A stretch of 64,000 nucleotides of DNA from Cycas panzhihuaensis (taxonomy: Eukaryota > Plantae > Cycadophyta): assembly GCA_023213395.1 (NCBI GenBank), contig CM041465.1:78747741-78811740 (forward strand), in the 5' to 3' direction. Under the pieces are notes generated by a model that saw nothing but the letters and a program-made list of their open reading frames with translations, searched no databases and was not told the DNA's origin. Below, piece after piece: positions 53,430 to 64,000 of the stretch (position 1 is its first letter; each line of letters opens with the position of its first letter). The translations under genes and the position numbers were made by a program.

Positions 53430-53850
53430 TTCCGCTGCATACTTCACAGGAATGCTCGCAGGTACGTAATGTTTTGTCTTATTCACTGTTTTGTCTTATA
53501 CGTGCTTTTTGGTATGTATAATGTTATTCGCTTCCACTGTGCATACTTGATTGCATACTTTTTAGGTACGTATAATGTAACTGGGCACTTAGGCTTACTT
53601 TCCACTGTGCGTACCTGACTACATACTTTTCAGGTACGTATAATGTAATTGGGTAACTTAAATCTTCTTTTCACCGTATGACTGATCGCTGCACTTTTCA
53701 GGTACGTATAATGTAGTTTTGATTCACTTTTTTGGACTGTGCGTACTGGACTATATTTCCCTAGTACGTATAGTGTAATTTTTGAAATTTGATCATTTTT
53801 TAAACTATGCGTACCTGGTAACATACCTTTTTGGTACGTAAAATGTATTT
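53430..53850. repeat. Array of ~6-7 degenerate 50-70 bp units sharing ggtacgtataatgta, most forming a hairpin
   Basis: Motif at 53461, 53511, 53565, 53633, 53701, ~53763, 53833. Example stem cgtacctga (53610-53618) / tcaggtacg (53630-53638). Confidence 0.85.
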
Positions 53851-54074
53851 TGCTTGTATGCTTTTGAATTTTCCTCTGAATTTTTCAGTTTATGATGCTA
53901 TTACCTATGTATGTGATGAGTTACGGTTGTTTATTTTTTTCCCATTTTTTTTTCTCTTTTCTGTATCCATACCGAACTGGATCATGTTTCGGTATCAAGG
54001 CAATCTATTTTGCCTCAACTTCATGCAACACAATATAGTATAACCAGTTGATCCGGCTGGTAAATTGCTCCACC

Positions 54075-55076
54075 CTAGTTGATATAGGGTTTCAGTTTAC
54101 TACCCTTGACCATTTCAGGTAGTAGCTGGTTTGATAGTTTCTTCAGTTGGATAGTGCCATTCTGGTACACCTTCTCAATCATATATGGGCCTTTCCAATG
54201 CATCTTCAATTCTCCTTGGGTTGTTTGGGATTTGTTGTCGAATCGCCATACTCGATCACCCTTCTTGAAATACGATGTCTTGTCGTGGCGGTCGTGCCTT
54301 ATCCTTTGTCGCCTTTTCCTTGGTGTGGTATGCTTTGTTAGTTTCTTCTTATGATCCCTTAATTGATCTTGGTTTATTATTCCTTCTTCCAACCAACGTT
54401 CTCTACAATGTATCAAATGGGAAATTCCACATAGTGGTTCTTCATAAAAGGGCTTCACATAATTTCCAACGTATTCTCCATGATTTCTATCTTCTGGAGT
54501 GGCAACTTTGTTTCCTAGACCGGAATCTCTAGGGATACTCTCAGCAGGTTCCTTTCCTTCTTCCTCAAATTTGGCATCGATGGTTGAAAAGGATCTTCCG
54601 CTGGGTAGGTGTACCTCTAAAGAAGATGAGGAAGGTTTGTTACTTCCTTCCTTGGGCTGGGATGGGGGTGGGAAAGGGCAATCTACCTCAAGACCCACAC
54701 TAGAGGTAGAGGGAAGGTTAGGGTTAGAGGGGGTTGGGGTATTGGGAGGTGAATTAGGGTAAGGTTTTGGGTTAAAAGGGGGATTTGGGTTCGGGTCTAG
54801 GTTTTTAATGTTATTATTAACACTCGTATAATCAACAAATTTAGATTTAATATCGACATCCTCAGTTACATTCCGAGAAAGCAGGTTACACCTATAGGAT
54901 GAGGGGTTGACTTCATATGCATCTTGTAGCCAGTAATCCACAAATCTCATCCCGTTTTCGTCGTCCAAAGAGTTGTATATTTCTCCAAAGTACGTTGGTT
55001 CTGCTTCTTGGCGGTTGATCAATTTGGTGGGCTCTTCAGCAGTTTTCTTCATCGAGGGAAGATGCTGTTGTTTCAC
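54075..55076 (-). CDS. Pro/Ser-rich linker fused to integrase C-terminal GPY/F domain (no RT, RNase H or integrase core)
   Basis: Ends FKKGDRVW...LKMHWKGPYMIEKVYQNGTIQL...VKGSKLKPY, typical of the Athila/Tat integrase tail. No YxDD, HHCC or DDE motifs upstream. Confidence 0.82.
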   Translation of the reverse strand: MKQQHLPSMKKTAEEPTKLINRQEAEPTYFGEIYNSLDDENGMRFVDYWLQDAYEVNPSSYRCNLLSRNVTEDVDIKSKFVDYTSVNNNIKNLDPNPNPPFNPKPYPNSPPNTPTPSNPNLPSTSSVGLEVDCPFPPPSQPKEGSNKPSSSSLEVHLPSGRSFSTIDAKFEEEGKEPAESIPRDSGLGNKVATPEDRNHGEYVGNYVKPFYEEPLCGISHLIHCRERWLEEGIINQDQLRDHKKKLTKHTTPRKRRQRIRHDRHDKTSYFKKGDRVWRFDNKSQTTQGELKMHWKGPYMIEKVYQNGTIQLKKLSNQLLPEMVKGSKLKPYIN

Positions 55077-55863
55077 TTACGACAGTCGTACTCGATCCCT
55101 CGTCTGGTATCATTTCAATGGAATTTCTTCCCAGCATCGGTAATACTACTTTGTTCCCATTATCTGACAAGGTGAAAGTCACATTCTTCCAATTTTGGAG
55201 GCATTGGGTCTTGTATAGCCAAGGCCTCCCCAATAATCTTTGGATAGGGTATTGTCCCTTTTACATTTCTACGATCGTAAAGTCAATCTTTACGATAATT
55301 CCTGCCACATCCACCTTGATGTCGGCTAATCTTCCCATAGGTTGCACTAATAATTCGTTAGCCAATTTCAACAAATATGTTGCTGCTTCCAACTTTGGGC
55401 TTCCCAGTTTTCGCCATGTCGAAGCTGGTAATACGTTGACGGTCGCGCCTCCATCAACAATCACTTTTGGGAATGTTTCTCCCAGTACCATCATTGTTAC
55501 CATAGGATCCATATCGAATGATGGCATTATTTTCTTTAAACTCTTTGTAATTCCGCGTTGTAGTACTCCTCCTTTAATCCAATCAATGACTTGGCATAGG
55601 GGGATGGTCAATTGTAGCTGTTTGACCAAATTCTCCATCAACAACAGCATTCTCGGAATGTCTTTCACTGGTAACCCTTTAAATAGTTCTTCTATTTGCA
55701 CCATCTGCGGCTGCACCTTTGGCTCTTCTGGTATGTTCTCTTTTTCTTTCTGCTTATTTTTCCGTACGTATACGTATTTGGTTTCTGGTTTTCCCATTGG
55801 TAATGTATTTTCTTCCTGAGCTAAGCCATCCAACACTTGTTTTGCTTGTTTAAACCGATCCAT
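55036..55863 (-). CDS. Aspartic protease region of element I (disrupted)
   Basis: VIVDGGATVNVL active-site motif; GRPWL closing motif. Confidence 0.88.
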
Positions 55864-55914
55864 TTCTGTTTGCGGATTCGGATATACTCTGTTTTGTTTC
55901 TCCTTCTGTTTATT

Positions 55915-57378
55915 CTAGAGTTTTACGTTTTTAGTTTCTGGTATAATCGTCATTAGGTTGGAGGCTTTGGCCTTCCCTTTACAATCCTCTATCTTATGCT
56001 CACTTGGGCCGCAGTTGTTACACACGAACAGTTTCTGTTCGTATTCCCGTTTAGTTGGGCATTCGGACTTCCAGTGCCCAAATTGCAAACAGATGAGGCA
56101 TCTACCCATTGGCGGTTTCTTTCTCGAGGGCTCTTGTGTACCCCTCATTGTGTAAACATTTCGAGGTGGGTTGCCTCCCCTTCCCCTACCTCGTCCTTTG
56201 TAGGCTTTCCCTCTAGAATTATAGAAGCAATCCTTAATCATATGCATATCTACATCGCATATGTGGCACCATTTGTCCTGTTGGTGCAACGCACTATTTT
56301 TTGGATTCAGTTCGCATTCTTTAGTTGTATGTGAATTTTCTTCATAGATATGGCACCATTTGGTTACCCTCCCGGTATGGTCTTTCTTTTTCGTCGTTTC
56401 TTCATCTCTACTATTTCTGATTTTTAGCCTGGCCACTTCCTTTCCTAAGGCTTCCAATTCTGATTCCTCTTCTGCTACTCCCACCTGACAGAAGGGTCGA
56501 TTATACTGATTTTGCTTGAGTTCCCTAATCTCCTCTTGCAATTTTAATAGTAGGGAGCTATGTCCTCCTGCCTGTGCATACATCTCCATTTCAAAATCCA
56601 ATGCTAAATCTTGGGCATTTTTAAATGATTTTAATGGATGGGCATGCATCATGGCTCTCAGTTTTTCATTCAATCCTCTCACAAAATAGTTCTTCAAGTT
56701 GTGGTCAGTTACCGTTTTATTAATCATACTGTCCACAATGATTTTCATTCTGCTAATATAAGTTAGCACTGATTCTCCCGGCCTTTGTTTAATTTCCCTC
56801 AAGGCGATTTCCAGCTTTCGTTACTCTGAAACTTCAAATCTTTCTTCGAAGGATTTCTTGATCTTTGCCCATGAATCATTCTTGTTTATTTCTTTGTACC
56901 ATGCCAATGGTACTCCCCTCAGTGTACAGGCAAATCCGGCTTTTATCTCATCCTCGTCTATAATCTTTTTCACATCAATCAGATTCTGAAAGAGGCATAC
57001 GTGTTCTGCTGCATCCGAAGTGTCGTTGAAAATCAACTTTCCAAAGTCTCTGTAATCATCCATCTTGGGGGATTGCAACGGTGTCCCACCTGGTGGTGAT
57101 TCTTCCCTTCTCCCCTCCTTTGGGGATGCACTTGGAGTGCCTACTGCTGTATTATCCTTCCCAAATAACGGATTCTTAAATGGAGTTTTGATATGTATAG
57201 GTTGTACTACACCTGGTACTTGTATGGTTAATGGTGTCACTGTAATATATGATTGATCAGATCCCTTTTCTGATGAATCCTCAAAAAGCTGTCTTGTAAG
57301 CTTATTTTCCCAATATGCCGAGGGACCTTCCTCCGCCTTCTTCTCGCTGTCACTTAGGTCCTTCGGACTATCCTCCAC
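55915..57378 (-). CDS. gag of element I (one frameshift near 56810) with four CCHC-type zinc knuckles
   Basis: FACTLRG.PLAWY and IKQRPGESV capsid motifs; CHIYEENSHTTKEC (one Cys mutated), CHICDVDMHMIKDC, CLICLQFGHWKSEC, CNNCGPSEHKIEDC. Confidence 0.88.
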
Positions 57379-60300
57379 AGGTATACTTTCCTCTTTTAAG
57401 GTTTCTTAATGCTTTTCATCCACCTTTGGTTTTCCTTCAAATTCTGGGCTAAACAAATCATCTTTGATTGGGGCTGGTGTTAATACCATACGTTCACCAT
57501 TAGTTCCCTCTTCTTGTTCTTGAGGTGTCTGGGCTCCACTTGCCTCAGATCCTTCAATGGACTGTCCCTTGGTCTCGTTGTTCTATGAACTTAATCTCCT
57601 CGCCCTTCTCAGTTTTGATTCCTTCGACCATCATAATGCCCTTTGTCTGTTGGTTTCCTTCCCTTTGGGTGAAGTATCCTTTTATGGCTCTTCTGACCTT
57701 AAAGGCCTCTTAGGTGGCATTCAGAGGTCCCCTGGCTGCCGGTGGCTTAGTTACAGCCTGCCATCACGACGGCAGTCAGGGTCCTTTGCCCTTTACACAT
57801 TCCTTTCCTTGAATCTCCTGGGCCCTGTCCCTCCTCAATGGACGTAGGCAACGGAACCAATGTTGACTTAGGTGTTCCCACTGCACTTGTCAAGGTTACA
57901 CATGCTATAGTCTAGTTAGGATACAGTCAACATGGTTATTCACATACATTCCACAGATTATTCAATGTCTCCACAGAATTATATCACAATAGTACACAGC
58001 AGCACAGAAATCAACGCATATTCAGCATTTCATCCTTATAAGACAGAGAATACACAGTTTTCCACGTAACTCTTCTTTCCATTAAGCAATAAGTTCAATT
58101 ACACACAGGGTTGGAATACATTCTTGTACATTCCAGTAGCATACACTCTTCTGTTACATGCGTACTCAGGTGGTACTTATCAATAAACACTGCTTCAATT
58201 GGCTGTCATACGTGCTGGCATCCGTACCATTGCGTACCTTGAATATTCGGCTTTCACCCTTTGAGAGTATACAATAGGATTGAATCACTCGGCTCTCACA
58301 CTGGAATGGTCCTTGCGCGCTTCCTTAAATGTGCCTCTTCGTACATTTTGGTTGAAGGGTTATGGTATGCTATATAACCGTACCTTCGATCAAACGTACC
58401 TTTTCATTAGTTATTGGTTACACCTTAACCAATGCCTTAATCATGTTAAATGCGTCCATACGTCGTCTGGCGACTCCCAGCTTCCACCGTCCCAGTCTTG
58501 TCATGCGTGCATTCGCCTATTTCCGTTACGCCGGTGATGCGTATACGTATTGCGTGCATTCGGTATGCACCTATCATCGTGCTGCAATCTTTGGTTTTCC
58601 ACTGCTACTCGTGTGTATCTGCATGCAGTGCGGACTGCACATCTATCTAGGGTTATCTAGCCTATCTCTGATCTTCCAACAACCATATGATCAATTTATG
58701 CCCCAACAGTAGCTATAGCAATTACACCTTGATTATCAACTTTAAGTTCAATGGAAGAGTTTAGAGATAGACCAATTTTATTTAGTAAAGATTTGAGCCA
58801 AAGTGCTTCTTTGCTGGCTTCAACAAGTGCACGATATTCAGCTTCAGTTGTTGATAAAGCTAGTGCCTGCATTTTCTTACTAGACCAAGTAATAGGTGAG
58901 AAATCTATAAAAAATACATAACTTGATGTAAATTTTCGATCATTTATATCACCTGCCCAATCTGAATTAGCATATTCAGTTAAAGTTAGAGGTTTATTGC
59001 AAAAATTATAAGTTAAACCATAAAAACAGTATGCTTTAGATATCGTAAGATACGTTTAGCAGCTTTCCAATGAGATTCATGTGGCTGGTGCATATAATGT
59101 GAACATAAAGCGACAGCATAGGAAATGTCAGGGCGGGTATGATTTAAATAAATAAGACTACCAATTAGTTGTCTATATAATGTAGGGTCACATAAGGGTG
59201 AGGAACAATCAGTAGATAGTTTGACTCCTGATTGTAACGGATTAGATACGGGTTTGGCATTTTCCATGTTAAACCGCTGAATTAAGTCTAAGATATATTT
59301 AGGTTGTGATATTGTTATTTTTAAATCATGTTGATAAATTTGTAAACGAAGAAAGTAATGTAGTAGACCTAAATCGGTCATTTTGAATTTGTTCATTAAA
59401 GTAGTTTTTAAATGATGAATACTATTAGTTGATGATCCAGTAATGATGATATCATCAACATACAAGATTAGAATAGTAATATTTTCATTTTCACGTTTAA
59501 AATAAAGATTTGGATCACTAATACATCTAGTGTATCCAATGTGAATTAAATAATTATCTACTTAAGTATACCAAGCTCGAGGAACTTGTTTTAAACCATA
59601 AACGGATTTCTTAAGTTTACAAACTAAATTAGGATTTTTAATAAAGCCAGGTGGTTGAGATATGTAGATCTCTTCTTTGAGATCACCGTTCAAGAAAGCA
59701 CTCTTGACATCCATTTGGTAGATTTCCCATCCAAATTTGGCTGCTAGAGCAATAATTGTTTTAATTGTGTTCATCTTTGCAACAGGGGCAAAGGTTTCAT
59801 TATAATCTATGCCATCTATTTGCGAAAATCCTTTGCAATAAGGTGAGCTTTATATTTTTCAACATTGCCTGTTGAGTTATATTTTGTTCTATAGACCTAT
59901 TACAGTCAACTATATTTTTCCCAGGTGGGAGAGGAACGAGATCCCAAGTTGAATTTTTAATTAAAGCATCAAATTTAGTTTGCATAGCGTCTTGCCATAC
60001 AGGATTGTTGCTAGTTTGTTTAAAGATTTTGGGATTGTTCTTGTCCATTATTTTAGCCATTAAGGCAAAGTTAGCATGTAATTTTTGGGCACGAGTTTGT
60101 CTGATATCTGAAGGATTACCTACATCAGATCTAGCATCAGCCAGTGTTTTCATTGCCCAAACAGGTTACTTGTTAGTAACTGTTTCTAAAGGTACATGTT
60201 GATTTGTTGAAGTAGTTTGAGAGGAGGAATCTATTTCATTAGATTCGGATAGAGTCCAATTTTGGACTTGAGTTGATAAGGATTCTATAACTTCCGGATC

Positions 60301-63300
60301 AGCTTGTTTATCAGAGGGGTCAACCAAATAAGTGTTGGTTAACAAATTTTCAACGGGAAGTTCTACATAAGTAGATGTTGAAGAAGATCCTTCTTCATCA
60401 AATATTACATCACACAAAATGGAAATTTGATGCATGACTAGATCCAGGAGTCTATAAGCTTTACTCTCTTCGCTGTATCCAACAAAGATGTATTTTTGAC
60501 TTTCTGGATCTAATTTTTTGCATTTTTCTTTAGGGATGTGTCCCCATGCAATACTGCAAAAGATTCGTAAATGATTGATAGATGGTTTTCTTCCAGACCA
60601 TTCTTGTTCTGGAGTAACGTTGTGCAGACTTTTGCTAGGTAAACGATTTAATAAATAGTTAGAGCAGTTAATTGCTTTTGCCCATAATTTAGATCTAGAT
60701 TCTTTGCATGTAATATGCAACGAATCATTTCAACAAGAGTACGGTTTTTGCGTTCAGCAACACCGTTTTGTTGAGGTGTGTATGCAACGGAATGCTGAAA
60801 CCGAATTCTATTTGATTTACAGAAAGAAGTGAATTTTCCACTTAAATATTCCTTTGCATTATCAGATCGAAAAATTTTGATTTTTGAATTTGATTGATTT
60901 TCAACTAGCATTTTGTATTCAACGAAAATGTCAAATACTTGACTACGTGTTTTAAACATGTAAACCCAACATTTTCTTGAATAGTCATCTATAAATGTAA
61001 CAAAATAACGAGAACCTAAGTATGATGTTACATGAAAAGGTCCACATATGTCAGAGTGAACAAGTTCAAGTGGAACTGTTGCTTTGAATTGAGTTTTATG
61101 TGGAAATGGGTCCATGTGTTGTTTACCTGTCACACAGGCTTCACAAACACCATAAACAGTGTTTAAGGGTGGAATACTATGAACCATTTTATGCTTGTTT
61201 AGATATTGCAGTTTGCCATAACTTGTATGGCCAAATCGTGCATGCAAAAGTTTGATGACTGAGTCAGATTTGGCAATAAAGGCACTAAAAGATTTTGTTT
61301 TGTTATTTTGTAGACTTGTTAGACTATAGAGACCTGTTTTATGATCAACAGGTCCTGAGGCAATACGTCTAAATTTGTTTAATGGTTCCTTAATGATAAA
61401 TTTATTTTTCCAGAATTCAACGACAACGTCTTTCTGGCAGATTTGATAGATAGAGAGTAGGTTTGGTAATAGACCAGGTACGTAGAAAACGTCTTTTATT
61501 GATCCATCCTTTAAGGTAACATCACCTGATCCTTTGACTTTAAGTTGGGTACCACTTCCAAAAGAAACCTCTTCTTCAGAGTTCGATTCAGATTGATAAG
61601 TGGTTAAATTTTTCTGGTGTCCTATCATGTGATAGGATGCACCAGAGTTAAGGATCCATTGTGGTGGTTGATTTGTAGGGGCAACAAACGCAGAAGTTGT
61701 TGCCGCTAAAGAATGATTATGAGTTTATCGATTTTGAGGTCGTGATGGAGAATGGGATTGAGGTCGATTTTGCAATCCCTTGGTAGCTTTCCATGCTTCC
61801 GAAGCTATTCTACTTCTGCAGACATCAATAATGTAGCATTTTTTATGACAATAGGCACAACTAGTGTTCTGAGAAGGAGTTACGTTGTTCCTATTATGAA
61901 ATGACTGGTTAGAAATATTCTGGTGTTTAGTTGGACCAGAATACTTAATATTGTTTTGAGAATTGAATTGTGAACCTCTATGAGGTTTCTGAAATTTTGG
62001 AGTATTATGAAAATTATTCTGTTGTTTGTTTTTAAATTGTGGCTTAGTTTTGGAAAACAAAGCCTGTGAAGGATCTTTTAATACGCTTGTTTGAATTAAC
62101 ATTGTTTGATGTTCAATCAGCTAGTTTGTCAACAGATTGAATGTTATAGGTGGGTCGCCAGCTTGCTGTCTGACATTTTTGTAGAGATTAAATTATTTTG
62201 GTAACTTGTTTACTGCAAGACATACGAATGTATCGTCGTCTCTAGCATGCGTGATTATTTTTTTAGTATCACCTTCTTTAGTTTTGCATTTGATACAGTT
62301 TCCTAGATCTTTATTAATTAATTGAATTTTACATAAAAAATCCTCAACATTAGAAAAATTATCAAAAGTAAGGTCATACAATTGTTGTTGTAGGACAGCC
62401 ACTTGATGTGTATCAACCTTATCATATTTTTCTTGCAAGGTTTTCCAGACAGTGGCCAAGTCATCTATTTCAGAAAACTGCCGACTAATTTTTGGTGAAA
62501 GTGAGTGTAATATGGTGCCTAAGGCTGCATCTGAGTTCATCAGATATACCATATAACTCTCTGTAGCATCTTCTTTTGGTTTTTTAAATTCACATGTCAT
62601 ATATCGCCATATCTTTTGCTGTTTGAGCTGATGGGATATGCGATTCCTCCAGTCGACATAGTTTGAGCCGGTTAACACTGGAATTGGAATGCAAGTGGTT
62701 GTCCTTGGCATTAATGCTATATTGGGAGTTATAAGGTTTGATTGAAGATTGAAGAATATGAAGATAGGTGAAAAAAATAATCACTTACTAAAAGCACTAA
62801 TCATTAGATTAATATTTTAACAGGCATAATTCAAGAAAGCATTGTAGTATGCATTACTTGCACTTAAAGAAAAAATCACATGTTTTCAGGCAGATAGTTT
62901 CTCTTGAATTGAACAAACAAACAACTTCTTAAAAAATTCCCTTAAGCAGTCCCTTTTTGAAAAAGGTTCCCCCTTAATTTAAGAAATAAACAATCCCCCT
63001 TAGGTGTTTAAGTTTGAAGTGATTAATTTTACAATAATTTTTAAGATATAAAACTGATTTGCAATAAAAAAGTTAATCATTTTTTATTAATTAAGTTTTA
63101 TGTTTGAAGAAATATAAATGTATTAAAAAACGGTACTCAGATAAGAACAGATACTATACTTTGATCTTGGTCAAAAAACCAAGAAAAAATATTAGTTTTG
63201 CCTAAGTTAATTAGGCTTTGTTAATAGTATATATATATGTATAACTTTTGAATAAATGTTTGATAGGTAATGTATACCTTATATATGACAAAGTAAGCTA

Positions 63301-63784
63301 AAATATTAGGCGAGAAGAGAGGGAATTTGTGCAATCCATGGAATCATAATTAGGGTAGAATGGTAAGATATGCACTTATACAATGCCTATACTAGAATAA
63401 GTGACCTAAAACATGGATTAAATAGAAAATTTTAGTAATTTCATATGGGTTTTAATTGTAAAAAATGTAAGGGAGGTCTTATTGTAATAATCAAAATAAA
63501 AAAGAAGGGGGGTTAAAAAAAAAAATATTAAAACATTAACTTAGTGAAGGGAGGGGTTTAGATTAATATATACTAATATGATTAAGGGGGGGTATAGTTT
63601 ACTTTGATTTTATAATTAAATGTGATAATATATATAAAGGGGGAGGCTTTTGTAATGATAGATTAAATGTCTTAAAATGTAATAAAGAAAAAATTTTATA
63701 ATAAATAAAAGTTTAAGTAAAAAAAATTTAATCAAAGTGTATGTGGGTTCCTATTAACAAGAGAGAGTTTATAAGGTATAGGGG

Positions 63785-63864
63785 GGTTTGAATCTTAAAG
63801 TTTAATAATTAAAAAAACTTCAGGTTTGAATCTTAAAGTTTAATAATTTAAAAACTTTAGGTTT
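63785..63864. repeat. Short tandem repeat (~38-bp period, 2+ copies) in the J leader
   Basis: ggtttgaatcttaaagtttaataatt at 63785 and 63823. Confidence 0.8.
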
Positions 63865-64000
63865 AAGTAAACTTTTATATATATAAGATTATATATAAAC
63901 AAAAAACGAAATAAAAAAAAAAAGGAAAAAGGAGGTCGCGGACCCAACGGAAGGTTTCAATTCAAAAAAGAAAATTGAAATTAAAAAAAAATGAGATCCG

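Larger units (their letters stand above)
51232..58708 (-). mobile_element. Element I: RT-less Athila-like Gypsy; LTRs 51232-52072 and 57861-58708, TSD GTAGC
   Basis: TG...CA LTR pair; TSD gtagc at 51227-51231 and 58709-58713. PBS TGGTTCCGTTGCC resembles the tRNA-Asp PBS of Athila. Contains gag, protease, linker, integrase tail, repeat array and an extra ORF. Confidence 0.94.
50521..64000 (-). mobile_element. Element J: Ty1/Copia; 3' LTR ~50521-50965, interrupted by I, 5' leader runs off the window
   Basis: gag 62711-61725, protease (WILNSGASYHM ~61650), integrase (IDDYSR, RSDNAKEY, QQNGVAERKNR), RT (QMDVKSAFLNG, YVDD), RNase H split at 58714/51231 (RTKHIE, ADILTK). LTR ends cctaaca, followed by the PPT complement tcccc. 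Confidence 0.93.

Noticed and set aside
53430-53850. CRISPR-like look of repeat-spacer units
   Set aside because: Repeats are degenerate, spacers are related to each other, there are no cas genes, and the array is inside a plant retroelement.
54701-54791. Second C-free run on + (~90 nt)
   Set aside because: It encodes a Pro/Asn low-complexity linker also present in K. No G-containing paralog is available to show conversion.
55118-55819. 233-aa + strand ORF and similar antisense ORFs over C, I and J
   Set aside because: Shadows of minus-strand gag/pol frames.

Overview
AT-rich plant nuclear DNA, probably from a large-genome gymnosperm or fern (inference from the repeat landscape and the gene present). 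It is almost entirely nested retrotransposons, apparently lying in the introns of a minus-strand epsilon-tubulin gene, of which two exons are visible (8421-8576, 8211-8311). I resolved about a dozen elements, several with matching LTR pairs and 5-bp TSDs. Gypsy A (9908-~21636) carries Copia B in its LTR, and B carries a solo LTR. Gypsy D (22449-35152) carries Copia C and a 2-kb non-autonomous element E. Non-coding LTR element G (36903-44495) carries its relative F in its LTR. An RT-less Athila-like element I (51232-58708) sits in Copia J, next to an older relative K. There is also a truncated Gypsy and a LINE RNase H tail. Most unusual observations: (1) a 140-nt tract in Copia C gag where sense-strand G is completely absent and mostly replaced by C; (2) a very young element flanked by a 417-bp target duplication and missing one LTR terminus; (3) an RT-less Gag-PR-linker-integrase-tail lineage with a tandem hairpin array and an extra ORF; (4) one LTR hairpin rearranged differently in all three LTR copies that reach it.
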